Source: the human T2T-CHM13v2.0 reference genome, Homo sapiens. From it: a DNA stretch of 64,000 nucleotides. Of the stretch, positions 16,705-43,650 are shown piece by piece; positions within the stretch are counted from its first letter, which is position 1, and each line of letters starts with the position of its first letter. Under the pieces are notes generated by a model. That model saw only the letters and a program-made list of their open reading frames with translations. It did not search any database and was not told where the DNA came from. The translations under genes were made by a program, and so were the position numbers. The stretch lies in the NCBI RefSeq assembly GCF_009914755.1, contig NC_060930.1. One strand, given 5' to 3'.

Positions 16705-17002
16705 TGTTTTTTTGTTTGTTTTTGAGACAGAGTCTCACTCTGTTGCCTAGGCTGGAGTGCAGTGGCATGATTATGGCTCAATGTGACCTCAAACTCCCAA
16801 GCACAAATGATCTTCCTGCTTCAGCCTCCTGAGAAGCTGCGACCACAGGCATGTGCCACCACGCCGAGCTAAGTCTTCTGATTTTTGTAGAGATGAGGTC
16901 TTACTAGGTTGCCAAGACTGGTCTAGAACTCTGGGCTCAGGTGATCCTCCTGTGTTGGCCTTCCAAAGTACTGGGGTTATAGGTGTGAGCCACTGAGCCT
17001 GG
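16705..17002 (-). mobile_element. AluJ-like
   Basis: Diverged dimer ~90 bp from the 17094-17178 exon. Confidence 0.9.
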
Positions 17003-17093
17003 TACGCTCTTGTTTCTGGTTCTGGTCATGACCTGTGGCATGGCAAGGGCTGGTTGTGAGGAACCCTTTCCAGGCTGTCTGGAGATGGCTTAC

Positions 17094-17178
17094 CAATGTT
17101 AACTGAATCTTCCCAGTCTTCCAGCACTTCAGTGACAATGAGCACATAGACATACGTCCTGTGCTTCCTCTCCTGGTT
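17094..17178 (-). CDS. NUDT3: NUDT3 internal coding exon (probably exon 4), 85 nt
   Basis: Encodes NQERKHRTYVYVLIVTEVLEDWEDSVNI+G (visible inside ORF 17026..17280). Acceptor ttcAG at 17181-17179; donor GTAAGC from 17093. Confidence 0.97.
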
Positions 17179-17644
17179 CTGAAGGGCAAAGAGAGAAGGA
17201 TAGAGAGAGTTTTTCCTTAGAAAGCTGGAATTACTTAAATGAAACACACTCTTATGCATATGTCCAGAGAGCTCAGACACAAAGATTCTAAACTTTTACT
17301 TTTTATGGTCCTACAGTTATAGCTACATGATTTAAAGCAGGCCACACTTGAATTTGAGGGTGTGCTCTTTGGCTGGACTTCTAAAACCAAGTAATTATAT
17401 TGGTTTTTCCTCCCCTTCCCCTAAATACAACTTAACAGGAATACTATGAGAAGAAAAAGGCATCATGTAAATTTAACTAGCTAGACCACCAGGGAGAGGA
17501 CTGTGGATGGGTGGGCTACCACAGAGGTCTCAAACTTCAGTGACCCCAGCAAGGCAAACAAGCTGAGTGTGACACACACACACACCCACCCACACCCCTC
17601 TTCCCACCCACACCCCTTTTCCCACTAACCCCACTTACCTTATT

Positions 17645-19165
<1,521 letters not shown>

Positions 19166-19283
19166 AGTTAAAAATAACTAAAAAAAAAAAAACTCGCTGA
19201 AACAGAAATGGCATTTTTCCTATGTTAATATCTGTGTGGTTATTAATACATATCATTTGTACCAAAGATTTTAACAGACTTAC

Positions 19284-19328
19284 CTCAAAAATTCCAACTA
19301 ATCTTCCCAATGTCCCTTTTACTCCAGC
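19284..19328 (-). CDS. NUDT3: NUDT3 internal coding exon (probably exon 3), 45 nt
   Basis: Encodes AGVKGTLGRLVGIFE, which includes the last residues of the Nudix box (...EE-AGV). Acceptor ctAG at 19331-19329 with a pyrimidine tract; donor GTAAGT from 19283; phase 0/0. Confidence 0.96.
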
Positions 19329-19649
19329 CTAGAAAGTGAAAAGAACAATTAATGCACTGATAGTATTATATTGCTGGTCTCATTCTGAGTCTTCTTAAGC
19401 AGTTTATAAAATAGAAACAAAAAACAAGAGGACACAGCTTGGGCAGACTCCACGATCTGTGAAGTGATACCAGTGTTTCCTGTGTGTCACCGACTACTAA
19501 CCTGCTAACAGCTGTGTATGCTCTGGGAAGTTAGAATGCCTTTCATTTCTTCTGGTCTCTCTCCCTACTGCAAAGCTAGCCAAGCAGAGCAAGATCATCA
19601 GGCCATGAGGCCACCACACCAAAAATATTCTGAGGTATTGATTACTTCA

Positions 19650-20560
<911 letters not shown>

Positions 20561-20562
20561 AA

Positions 20563-22385
<1,823 letters not shown>

Positions 22386-23074
22386 TAATGATACTTTTTA
22401 TTTGTCCCTTAGCCTTTCTTTCATAATATTTATGGGATCTAATTAGCAGAATTCTATTTAATGTGATCTTACCAATAATTCTATAGTATAAAGCAAATAA
22501 ATATTTCCCTATTTACCAATTTTAAAAATTGGAATTCAGCACTTTTCTCAGGAAGAGGTCCCCCCTTTAGTAAAAGGATTTCAGTTCTTTAAAGTCATAG
22601 TGCTGACAAAAAAGAAAAATTTCTCACAGGCAAAGGTTCTCCCAGACAGCTTACCTTAACTATCTTACTTTTTCACAATTTTCCCAGACTCAGAGTCCAA
22701 CTTTCATCTCCTAGTTTTTTCTCAAATGCTGCCACAAGCAATCTGAGAGTGGGTTATTTTTATCTGTCACATGATTCCTGCATGCAGGTCGGGATATGTG
22801 TCAGGGCCACATCTGACAGATATTTGGCTCACACATTTGGGGATAAGATTGAATTCAAGGGTATATTAAATTTGGTCCCATCAGGATGCTGGTATGGATC
22901 TGTCTTTTGCAAAATTATACGAAAGCAGTTACAATTTCAATCTATATGTCAAAAGCCACTAATCTAGAGAGGGAGTCTTTATTTAAAAGTCCATCTTAGT
23001 AGAGATAATTCTTTCACCCTTTTCTAGTACTTTAGGCCTGGTTAACAAAAATAATCTGAACAATTGCCTACCCT

Positions 23075-23690
23075 TTTTCTTTTTTTTAAGAGACAGGGTC
23101 TCACTCTGTCGCCCAGGCTAGGGCGCATGGTCATAGCTCACTGCAGCCTTGAACTCCTGGGCTCAAGTGATCCTCCTGTCTTAGCCTCCCAAGTAGCTGG
23201 GGCTATAGGCATGTGCCACCAAGACCGGGTATTTTCTTGAATTTTTTTTTTTTTTTTTTTTAAAGTCCAGGTGTGGTGACTCACGCCTATAATCCCAGCA
23301 CTTTGGGAGACTGAGGCAGGTGGATCACCTGAGGTCAGGAGTTCAAGACCAGCCTGGCCAACACGGCAAAACCCCATCTCTACTAAAAACACAAAAATTA
23401 CCCGGGCGTGGTGGGTGCCCATAATCCCAGCTATTCAGGTGGGTGAGGCAGGAGAATCACTTGAACCCAGGAGGCAGACACTGCAGTGAGCCAAGATTGT
23501 GACACTGCACTCCAGCCTGGGTGACACAGTGAGACTGTCTCAAAAAAAAAAAAAATATTTTTTTTATTTTTGAGAGACAGGGTTTCGCTGTGTCACCCAG
23601 GCTGGTCTTGATATCCTGGTCTCAAGCAATCCTCCCACCTTGGTCTCCCAAACTGCTGGGATTACAGGTGTGAGCCACCTGCCCGGCCCT
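23075..23690. mobile_element. Plus-strand Alu (23265-23555) nested in the linker of a minus-strand Alu
   Basis: Minus right arm 23075-23262 and minus left arm 23556-23690 flank a complete plus-strand Alu. Confidence 0.85.
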
Positions 23691-23974
23691 GCTTTTTTAA
23701 GAGAAAAAAACACAAGTGTCTCTTTTCCTATGAGGTGTTCTACTGGGATTGAGGTATTTCTCTGGAAAGGGCTGGATCCGATCTTGCTCTGTGGCAGTCT
23801 CCCTGTGTATGTACAAAAGCTTAGGTAGAGGCACTAATGTGGGTGATGGCCCTTTGAACCTGTGCCTAAAACAATCTACCACAAGGAATCCTGACTTTGT
23901 TGGCACAAGTGGACCGTCATCTTCTGAAACCAGCTTTTCACTCTACAGTGGACATTTTGACCGACAATGAGGTT

Positions 23975-24435
23975 TGCCCAGCCCACAGGCATTCCCCTTC
24001 CCTTGCTGCTACCAGGGAGACCCAGATTCTGTCCAGGTGGGGGTTGTGGTGTACTTTGAGATGGTATGCCTAAGCAAGGCACAGGAAATTCTGCTCCCCT
24101 CTGCAGGGACTAGTTCAGAGGTGCTGTATGTTCAACAGCTCCTTAGAGGCTGTCTCTCAGGGACTTCTGGAAAAGATTTCCCACCACGATAAAAAGACTG
24201 CACAAAAAGAAACCCTGTACTTCCTTGTCAAGTGGGGATGTGAAAGCTGGAGCTGCTACCATCATCTGATCATAAGGGGAAGGCCAAAGAAATCTAGTAA
24301 GAAGCTGACCCAGTGCCCTGATGCTGTGAAGCAATGAAGTAATAATGGCCAGTGTCTGGGGCTTTCATGTTTCCCACATAACTGATGATGCTGAAGCCAC
24401 TTTTAGTCAGGTGTTCTGTTATTATTCGTAGCTGA
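23975..24435 (+). mobile_element. MLT1-type (ERVL-MaLR) LTR remnant
   Basis: gctggagctgctaccatcatctga and aagccacttttagtcaggtgttctgtta...gctgaaa MaLR motifs. Confidence 0.65.
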
Positions 24436-24929
24436 AAGGTTCCTGCTACTTCTTCCCTTGATTTAAAAGGCAGCTCTCTGAGAAGACCAAGAACTGTATT
24501 CCCCACTCCCTGCAAGAGACAACTACTCACCTGAAAATGGTGTTTATTATTCTCTTGCATGTTTTTATACTTTTACTACTTGGGTATGTATCCACTATTA
24601 ACAGTATTTGCTGCAAGTTTCTCTACTGAATTTAAAAAAGGTATTTTACCTTCTATAACTTTTTCCCTCAATATTATGTTTCAGAGTTTTAGCTATATTG
24701 ACACATGTAGTTCTAGGTAATTCATTTTAATTGTTGAACAGTTATCTATTTTAGGAATTTACCATAATTTATTAATCTACTCCCTTGTCAGTTTACTTGT
24801 AGATCTAATCTATCTCCTTGTTACCAAGTGAAAGAGTTTCTCGAAGATTTATACTAAAAGTCAAATTTCTCAGTCACAGAGGATAAGTACCTCCAGATAT
24901 TTTCAAGTTGGTCTCTTTTGGTAGATCAA

Positions 24930-25410
24930 CTGCAGAGATAGTGACCATTCTCCACCTCTCCCTACATCCATATCCTTTGACATTAATTCTGCAGCTCTTC
25001 CCATCAAGGGATAGAATCTACTTACCCATCCCTATATCTAGACTTGCCTTGTGTCTTCGGCCAACAGAATGTAGAAGAATGGTTTACCAGGTCCAAGCCT
25101 AGGCCTCAAGAGGCCTTGTAGTTTCCACTTTTCCTCCTGGAACTCTGCCATCGGCATATGAATAAGCCTGAGCTTAGGCTCCTAAAGGATGAAAGACCAC
25201 AGCTGTCTAGGCTGAGTGGCCTACAGCCAGCTAACCTCCAAACTGTGTGAGAGCATAGCCAAGATCAGCAGAGTTGCCTACTCAACTCAGAGCTAGCTGC
25301 AGACATCTGAATAGTCCAGCTGACACCAGAAGTTGACCTTGGCTTGTAAGGAGTAATAAGTACTATTTTAAGCCACTGCATTTTGGAATAGTTTGTTATA
25401 CAGCAAACTG
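24930..25410 (+). mobile_element. MLT1-type LTR remnant
   Basis: aagcctaggcctcaagaggcctt and tttaagccactgcattttggaatagtttgttatacagcaa motifs. Confidence 0.7.
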
Positions 25411-26078
25411 ATACACTCTCCAAAGTACACAGGCAGTGTATGAGTTGCCATCACTCTTGTTCCTCTTCAATATTTAGTATTTGTTGTTAGCCATTTTCCC
25501 TCCCCACTTCTGGGTCAATATGAGTGTGAAATTGCATTACATTATTTTTTAACTGAAATTGTGCACTTTTTCCTACTTCAGTGAACATTCAGATTTCCTC
25601 TTAGGGGCATTATATATTCACAGCCTTATTTGACAAGTGACCATCATAATGAATCTGCAGTTCTTTGTATCTTTATTTATTTATTTATTTATTTTGAGAC
25701 CAGTCTCTGTAGCCCAGGCAGGAGTACAGTGGTGCAATCATGGCTCACTGCAGCCTTGACCTCCCAGGCTCAAGCGATCCTCCTGCCTCAGCCTCCTGAG
25801 TAGCTGGGACTACAGGCACGTGCCATCACAACTGGCTTTTTTTTTTTTTTGGTAGAGATGAGGTTTTGCCATGTTGCCCAGGCTGGTCTCAAACTGCTGG
25901 GCTCAGGCAATTCTTCCATTTCAGCTTCCTTCTTGATACTTATGCTCTGTGGCAAATATTTTCTCCCAATCTGGCACTTGTCTTTTACCCTTGTTTTCAA
26001 TGTTCTTTGCTGAGCATATTTTATTAGACACAGTTTATTTTACTTATCTTTACCTTTTGTGTTAGTTATCTTGTTTAA

Positions 26079-26446
<368 letters not shown>

Positions 26447-26835
26447 CTAATTATCTGAGAGTTTTATCGTACGATCCATCTGTAATTTATTTCCAAATAG
26501 CCAATGGTCTAGAGACTCCAGAATAGAGCCACAGATATTACTGTTTTACTAATTTAGTTGTTAATTTATGTACTAATAGCATATGCATATGATTTTAACT
26601 AATACAACTTTATCTTAATACTTGGAATACCCTTCTCTGCTCTTCTTTAACAAAAACTTCTAAGCCATTTTTGTACCTTTATCCATCCATATAAATGCCA
26701 AAAATCAGTTTTTTCAGATATTTTGGCAGTGGTGCAAACACAGCTTACTGCAGCCTTGACCTGCTGGGCTCAAGTGATCCTCCCTCCTCGGCCTCCTGAG
26801 TAACGCGGATCACAGATGCGTGTCACCATACCTGG

Positions 26836-26867
<32 letters not shown>

Positions 26868-27392
26868 GTAGAATTGGGGTTCTCATTATGTTGCCCAGGC
26901 TAGTCAGAACCAGAAATATTCAGCTGGTTTTCTTAGATATCAATCTTATCTCTTGCAGTCCTTCTAAATGTGTTCACTAATTCTATTAATAATAGTTCCT
27001 GTTGTTTTTCTTTCGTTTTCTAAGTTAATAATCACATCTTCTGTAAATAAGGACAATTTTGTCTCTGGAATCTTTACAATTTGTATTTATTTTTCTTGTC
27101 TTAATTGCAGTGGCTAGGATCACAGTTCAATATTAAATGTTAGCATAATAGCAAGCATAACTGTCTTATTCTTATCTGTCATGGGAATGCTTTGAACATT
27201 TCAAAAATACGATGTTTGCTATTGGTTTTATTAGATACTCTATCAGGTTAAGGAAGTTCCTTTTGTTTTTAGCTTGCTAACAGTTTTTATAATGAATAGA
27301 TGCTGAATTTTAATAAATTTTTACTTAGAATTTGTGCAAATTCTCATTCATAAATGACAATTTACTGTTCTTTTCTAGTTTAATTATCGAGA

Positions 27393-27608
27393 TCAGGGGT
27401 CAGCAAACTACAGCTTACAGGCCAAATCCATCCTGCCATCAGTTTTTGTAAATAAAGTTTTACTGGAACATAGCTGTGTCATTCGTTTAAGTATTGTCTA
27501 CGGCTGCTTTCACATCACAATAGGAGAGCTGAGTGGCTAAAACAGATACCATATGAATTCTAAAGCCTAAAACATTTACTATCTGGCCCTTTATAGAAAG
27601 TCTGCTAC
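27393..27608 (+). mobile_element. MER58-like hAT-Charlie DNA transposon fossil
   Basis: caggggtcagcaaactacagc...aaataaagttttactggaaca...tatctggccctttatagaaa. Confidence 0.8.
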
Positions 27609-27732
27609 GAGGCCAGGCGCAGTGGCTCATGCCTGTGATCTCAGCACTCTGGAAAGCCGAGGCAGGTGGATTACCAGAGGTCAGGAGTTCGAGAGTAGCC
27701 TGGCCAACATGGTGAAACCCCCATCTCTACTA

Positions 27733-27843
<111 letters not shown>

Positions 27844-28470
27844 TTACGCCACTGTACTCCAGCCTGGGTGACAAGAGTGAAACTCTGTCTCAAAAAAAAA
27901 AAAAAAAAAAAGAAAGTTTGCTATCGCTGGGCATGGTGGCTCATACCTGTAATCCTAGCACTTTGGGAGGCTAAGGTGGAAAGACTGTGAGCCCAGGAGT
28001 TCAAGACCAGCCTGGGCAACATAGTGAGACCCCATATCGAAAGAAGGAAAGGAAAGGAAAGGAAAAGAAAGGAAAAAGGAAAGGAAGAGTTTGCTAATCA
28101 TTAATCAAGATCTTACCAGTCTTACAAAAGGTATGTAACTATCCTCCTCTAAATAGTCTTCAAGAATATACATATTTTAAAATTTTAGTAAAATTAATCT
28201 AGTCTGATCTTGGTATTTTTTGGCAGGAAGGAAGGTGATTACTACTTAATTTAAGGACTAATGATCTATGTGTAGGTTTTCAAATTTTTCTTTTTCCTTT
28301 TTTTTTTTGTTTTTTTGGAGAAAGGCTCTTACTCTGTCTCCCAGTCTGGAGTGCAGTGGCGCAGATCATGGCTCACTGCAGCCTTGACTACCCAGGCTGA
28401 AGCAATCCTCCCACCTCAGCCTCCTGAGTAGCTGGGACAACAGGGTGCACCATCATGCCCAGCTAATTAA

Positions 28471-28903
<433 letters not shown>

Positions 28904-30769
28904 TGAGCCACCACGCCCAGCCTGAATTATTTTAAAAGTAAATTTGGGTAGGATTTTCTGGAAAATTTCTATGAAAGTTTTCAGATCTTTCTGTTTGTAG
29001 CTCTTTGTAACATTCTTATAATTTAAAAACCTCTATTATAAATCTGTGGTTATTTCCCTTTTTTGTTCTTCATTTATTTCTGTCTTCCTATTTATCAGTC
29101 TTGCCAGAAGTTTATCTATTTTATTAGACAAATAAAAATAACCCACTTTTGGTTTTGTTGGTCATTTCTATTTTTCTATTAATTTCTACCCCTTTCCTTG
29201 TTATTTCTGTCCCTTTACTTCCTTTGGGCTTGCTCTTGTTTTTTCCAGCTTCTTGAGTTGATTGCTCAATTTACTTAACGTCCATTTAACTTTCTAATAT
29301 AAGCATCTAAGCATCAAAGAACTGACTGAGCTGTATCCCGTAAGTCATGATGTGAAGTGCTTTCACAGCTCTTCTGCTCTATTTGCTTATTTCTATGATG
29401 ATTTGTGCTTTAACTCATGGATTATTTAGAACATTTTTTTGTTTCCAAACCTGTGTTTCTCTCTCTTTCAAGCTGGCTCTGTTGTTGGTTTCTAATTCTA
29501 CTGCATTCTATCAGAGTATATACAGTCTATAATACTGATGATGCTCTGGAATTTTTAACCATTCCTGTACAACTTAACATGTGGTTATGTTCTTATCCTT
29601 CCATGCATGCTTGAAAAAATTACGTATTCTTTGTTGGGTGGAAGCTTCTCTCTCAACATATCTATGTGCTCAATCTTGTTAATGGTGTTATTTAACCTCT
29701 ATTTTTCTGTTTGCCACTTTTCAATCACTTTCTAAATGAGATTTTATTGTTCTTCATAGGGACTATCAAGCACAAAATGAGATGTTTTGAAGTCTTCAAT
29801 ATGGCTATTGAGTTGACTTTCCCCGTAACTCTGATAATTTTTACTTTATATTGATGGAGGTTTACTAGGTGTACATTAAGTTCATGACTACCATACTGTC
29901 TTGGCAGTCCTTACATTTACTTCCTGTGTAGCAAGCTTTGTGATAAGCAGCTTGTATTCATAAGTCCATGGAATTAAGAGAAAGCTGTTAAGTGGCAACA
30001 AGGCCGGATAAGTTACATTTGTCTAAATCCAGCAGCTGTTGGTAGTTTAACGATTGTGGAATCTCCAGAGGCAAGGGTTGCATTTAGTGTTTGCTGAAAC
30101 CACTGTTAATTATATTGAAGTCAATGGAAAGTAAGCTGTGGATATATTTCCTAATGACTAAAAATCCTTTCCTGGAATGTGGAGCTGGATGGAAAAGCAA
30201 ACACAACTGTTTTGGAAGACTCTTCTGGACTCATTTCATTTCGCAGAAGGCGACTGGCTCCTGTCCCAGTAATTCCACCTCTATTCAGGGTTCCAACACA
30301 AACCAGCTCAAATACAGTACTATATTCTCTCTAACAGGGCATATTCTAATCTGTACACTTAGCCACTAAACTTAATATTTGTCAATGGGTACCATTCAAT
30401 GTATTATAACACAGACCACTAAACTGAGTAAAAAGATATCTTTAATTCCAGTTGTTAAAAAGTGGTTAAAAAGTAATTTAGAGTAGTTATTTGTACTAAA
30501 AGTGTGCTAACAGCAAAATACCTTTAAATTAGTCAATTTAAAATATCAGTTCCTCGACTAAGGAGCAATTCTTTTTTAAACGCTACTAGCTTTTGAGATA
30601 AATTATACACAGAAATGAGTGTATTTACAACAATGTGGCCTATGCGCAATTTGTGAAGAGGAGTCTATTAAAAGCAAGATACTCCTGTGCAGTATCTTAG
30701 AGAAGCAAAAACATTTATATCATTATTTTCAAGTCAAAGGAGAAAAAAGAGATATAATTCTGAAACATT

Positions 30770-31220
30770 GGGTGTGATGGTACACAACTGTAATCCCAGC
30801 CACTTGGGAGGCTGGGTAGCAGGACTGCATGAGCCCAGGAGTTCAAGACCAGCGTGGGCAACATATCAAGACCCTGTCTCTAAAAATAATAACAATAATA
30901 AAAAATAATAATTCTAAAACTTTAAAAAAAGTTGAGGCCAGGTGTGGTGGCTCATGCCTGCAATGCCAGCACTTTTGGAGGTCGAGGCAAGACGATGGCT
31001 TGAGGCCAGGAGTTCGAGACCAGCCTGGGAAACAAAGCGAGACCCCATCTCTACAAAAATAAAAAAATTAGCCAGGCATGGTGGCACGCCTGTAGTCTTA
31101 GCTACTCAGGAGGGTGAGATGGGAGGATCGCTTGAGCCCAGGAGGTTGAGCCTGCAGTGAGCTATGACTGCACCACTGCTCTCCAGTCTGGGCAACAGTG
31201 GGAGAACCTGTCTCTAAAAA
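30770..31220 (+). mobile_element. Alu monomer plus AluJ-like dimer
   Basis: Alu motifs. Confidence 0.88.
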
Positions 31221-31299
31221 TTTTAACAAGAAATGCAGTGGTCAACTACGTATATTATCTCTTCTTCCAAGGAACCCATTAAAATGAAGGATAAGAACA

Positions 31300-37305
<6,006 letters not shown>

Positions 37306-37310
37306 GTTAA

Positions 37311-38205
<895 letters not shown>

Positions 38206-39638
38206 TTAAACCCTAATGCCAAAAGTAGTTTCTTTCCTAACTACATAAAGGAACCTAAAATTATTTATATACTTCATTAACTTAACTAGCATCCTCCTAA
38301 CAACGGTAATAGGGTGATGGGAGGAGAAAAGAGAAGATGAAAGCCCAGGGCTTTGGGAGACACTCCTGAGGGTTCAGGTCATAAGTCACTGTGTGATTCG
38401 GGGCAAATTAGTCTGTTTTTCTAGTAATAATAATACCTAGCATTTGAGTTCTTACTAAATGTCTACCTGTGAAGCAGATATTATATCATGATATCTATGC
38501 TCCGGACAAGAAAATTGATATCTAGAGATGATAAATAATTTGCCAATACTATGCAGTTAAACATCAGCACCAGGATTAGAACCTAGGTGCCTCTGATTTT
38601 AAAGCATATACACGTATCAACCTCCTGATCTCTGCCGCTGGGAAAATAAATCAGGACACCTTCTGCAGGGGAGATAAGTTTATTTAAATGGAACATTAAA
38701 TTATTTTTTGAATTTGCAGTTACTACAGGGGTATTACATAAATCTTTTGCCTTTTAGACTACCTGAAAAATCCACATTAAGGACCAGGTTTAAAAAGGGA
38801 GTGGGGGGAACAAACACTTAAGAAAAACTGGTTTTGAATTCTTAAGTGATTCTGGTTCTCTTATTACCTGAAAGCCTCCTCAATTTTCTAGCTTTCATTT
38901 TAAAGGCAGAACTGCCAGTTTCAGTTTGAAATGACAAAAAAATTCAACTTTGCCAAATACCACTACAAAGGTGGTCTTGTTCTTTCTGAAACATTTAATA
39001 TCACATCTATTCTATTCACTCACCAGAGATGAACGGTTTATTTGAAAGCTGCAATAAGCTGCATCTACCTTTCTTATTCTCAATCTGCTAAATGACATCA
39101 TTTTTTACTTTAGACATTCTAATAGGTATGTAGTGGCATCTCACTATTCAATGGCATTAAAGGTAATTTATTTCATTAAATTTTTTTAAGACAGAGCACA
39201 ACCCTGTTTCAAAAAAAGTTTACTCATTTAGATCATGTACAGACATATCTGTTATAAATATGTATTCAAAAGAAAAAACTGAAGGCCTGCAGTTATAGGT
39301 TTCTGTGTGACCAAAAGTATAGATTTAAACTAGATAACCTCTTGACATCCTTTCAACAATGTGATTCTATGACCCCATAAAAATAAATTCCACTTAATAT
39401 CACAGTCTCTATACACAACAGGCATACTACCTTAGACTTCTCAAGTTTAAGGATTTTCTAAGTGATGTCCTCATTCAGTTTTACACCCAGAGCTTTGCTA
39501 GTCACATGGCCATAAATAGCTGATCGTCTTTCTTCCTGCTTTCATAAATCTCCGATAAAGCATGTCATGGAGGAGCTCTCGTCATCCTGGTTAAAAACAA
39601 CCTCTTCCCCTTTTTGACTGCCTTACTCGCCACTCTAG

Positions 39639-39857
<219 letters not shown>

Positions 39858-40299
39858 TAGGGCCTGATGTGGACCCCTACCAAGTCTCTTAACTGACAGA
39901 ATCAGTTATTCAGATGGCATCCCAGACTGCCCTCTAATTCACCCTCAATCACAAAAGGTAGTAAAGAGGAACAAAAATGGAGCCAAATGAAATGAACACT
40001 TTAGTGGCATTAGAGAGTCTCCTAGAAATTCCCACCTCATCTAAAGGACAGGACTGCTTCATATAGAAGAGATATAAATGAGCAAGAATGGCAGGTAGGT
40101 GGATGAAAAACAGTATTTCATCTGGCATAGGTGTGAATGCTTGGACTTGCTACTTCTAGTATAAACACATTCTGTTATTTGAAACTTAATTTCCCATCCT
40201 CAGTACCATGGCATTTCTTCACCAATAAAAGGCACTTAAAAAAGCAACAGGATGAAGTCTCTCTCCTCCAGGTTTAATGTAAGATTGTATTTCCAACCA

Positions 40300-41180
40300 T
40301 GGTGATTTAGGCAGAGGGAACAGCAATTACAAGGGCACTGAGAGGGAAAAGGCCTGGTATTAGAGGAGCAGCAAGGGGGCTACCAGTATTGCTGGAGCAC
40401 AGTGAGAAAGAGAGGGGAGTGAGAGCTGAGGTCCCAGAGGGAGACAGATCATAGGCCAATCTGAGGGCTTCAGCTTAGAAAGCCTTTGAGTGACATGATC
40501 TGATCTGGTTTCTTTTTACAGGATAATTTTGCCTACTGTGTTGAAAGTAGTAGACTGAAGAAGGCAAGGGTGCAGGGGGTGTAGCTAAGGAATTGAGGTG
40601 AGTGGTGATGGTGGCTTGGACCAGGGGGATAGTGAGAAGTGGCTGAAATCTAGACACACGTATTCTGAAGGTAGAGCCAACAGGATTTGCTGATGAACTA
40701 GATATTAGGTGTAAGAAAAGAACAAAAATCAAGGATGACTTCTAGGTTTTGGGTTAAGTAACTTAAAGGATGGACTGCCACTACTGAGATGGGGAAGACT
40801 GCTGGCGAAGCAGGTTTGGGGGAAGGCAGTAGAATCAAGGCTTATACATACTGAGTTTCAGATGGCTACTGAACATTCAAATGGAAATACCAAGTAGGCA
40901 GGTTAAGAATAGCAGTGGTTAGGGATAGATTACTCACCCATCCACACAACTACCTACCTACCCACTAATCCAACCACCTACCTACTGTATTTAAAGCCTC
41001 CAGATTGGGAGAGATCACCAAGGAATAAATGAGAAGCAGACAAAGAAAAAAAAAAGACCAAGGACTGAATCCCAAGGCATCTAATGTTAAGAGGTGGAGA
41101 GAGAGGGAAAAATGAGCAAAGACAACTCAGATGTAGGAGAAAAACCTACTGGAAGCCTGCTGGAAAAAGGTATTCAAGCT
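40300..41180 (-). mobile_element. L2 fragment
   Basis: tattctgaaggtagagccaacaggatttgctgatgaactaga and aatcaaggatgacttctaggtttttgg are typical antisense L2. Confidence 0.8.
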
Positions 41181-41929
41181 TTTCTCCCACCCCCCCAACA
41201 GTATTTTGCTCTCAGCCTTTGATTCTTTTAGCTGAGGCCCTAGACAACATGGTACATGGCTGTACCTTGTCTGAATTCATGTCTGACAGAAAGCATGAGA
41301 TAACAAATGATTATCCTTATTTTAAGTTTTATTAGGTAGCAACAGATAACTCATCATTTTTCAATACATAAAAGTCAGCATCACCAACATAAGTCACATA
41401 AATATATACAAGAGCAATATTCTCTAGCTCTCAGGCTGATTAACACATCTGATAGTTCTTCATGGATTACTTCTAGTCAAAGTGTCTTTTAACCCTTTAA
41501 AGATTAACCCAGTCCTCTGGAAACATACTCAGCTATCTCAATGATCTCCATGTGAACCATCTCTTTCCCAACTCATCTTATCCTCACAAACAAAACATTT
41601 TAATTTAAATTAAAAAAATTAAAACTCTAAGAATAGCAAGGTCAGGTTTAAAAGCTGAAAATAAACTTGCATCAAAAGCAAAAACCTAACTGAAGCTCTG
41701 CCATCTGCCCCCAGAGACATCTTTGCTTTCATTTCCTTGTACCCAAGGAGAAGACAATATAGAACGGAATTTCAGCAATTCTAATTTTAACTTTTCTAAG
41801 CTCAAATATATCCCTTTAGAATTCTTGGGGGAAAGGATGGCTGTATCCTTAAGCACTTTAAATACTAACTTTTACAATTGCTCGATTGCTTCACATTTCT
41901 GCCCAGACTCTGGAAAAGATGATGGGGTT

Positions 41930-42560
<631 letters not shown>

Positions 42561-42707
42561 TGAGATATAACCAAAAGACACAGAAAGTTAGAAGATTTAG
42601 TCAATGTGTCCAAGCCTGTGGCAAGAGAGGAGAGATAGGGCTTTTCTAGGAAAACAGAGCTGGGACAGTAAAAAAAAAAAAGGGCTGGGATGGTAGAAAA
42701 TGACAGC

Positions 42708-43650
42708 TGTAAGGCAGGGAAAACTCAAACCATGTTTTTTCTGTGCTCTCACACCAAACAATCAACACAGAAGGCTTCTGTAACAAAATGTGTGGAGGTT
42801 TTCCTCTCCCACACCAAGCAGGGATCAGTTCTGCAGTGGATGCCAGCAGGTTGTCATCCAACTCAATTCTGAATCTATCTACCGGAAGACAGCCCCAGAA
42901 ACCAAGGTTGAGGGCTCAGTCCCACAACACCCTCCTTCCTACCAGTCACAAGTCCAGGCCTCTAGAACTTCTGACCAACTAGCTTCAAGTTGGGATTTCC
43001 ATGACCCCCTATTTGGGCTCAATTGCTAAAGCAGCTCACATAACTCAGGGAAACTCACATTTACCAGTATATTACAATGAATATAAGCCATACAGATTAA
43101 GAGATGCACAGGGCGAGGTTGGGGGAAGCTGCACAGAGCTTCCATGGCTTCCCTGGGTGTGCTGTTCTCTAGGAACCTCCACGTGTTCAGTTACCCAGAA
43201 GCTCCCTGAACTCTGTCCTCTTAGGCCTTTTATGGAGACTTCATTGGATAGGCATGATTGGACAACCATGTTGAAATGTGATTGAACACAAAGGGTATGA
43301 GTTAATACTAATCGACTGAGTAGGAAAACCTAGCAAGGCCTGTTTGTTCAGATTCTTCTTGGCCTTTCTGTGCAGGATTTCTTCCTCTAACATATGGGGT
43401 ATGACCTTCTCTGGAATGAGGATCTTGTGACCCATCATCATAAAGGCGGGGAAAGATTAGAGTCCTGCCTTGGGCAGGTAAAAGGAGGGCAGGAGAAAGT
43501 CAGAGACAGAGATTCTGTTTTCTGAGGCCTGCTCCTGAGGCCTAAAGTGCTCCAACATTATAACAAAAGACTGTTAACTCCAAAAGGCTATGACAGTTAG
43601 GAGCCAGGAACCTGAGACGAAAACATCTATATATATGTGTCAATATCACA
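42708..43650 (-). mobile_element. Solo LTR, MER21-like
   Basis: TG...CA termini (tgtaagg ... aatatcaca) and 5-bp TSD acagc/acagt. Internal gggctcagtcccacaa and gagccaggaac motifs resemble MER21. Confidence 0.8.

Noticed and set aside
17173-17184. NAGNAG alternative acceptor like the Gln-inserting one in the paralogue NUDT4
   Set aside because: The acceptor reads cttcAG|AACCAG, with no adjacent tandem NAG.
17026-17280. 84-aa ORF as a stand-alone gene
   Set aside because: Only 17094-17178 is coding; the remainder is in-frame intron outside clear splice sites.
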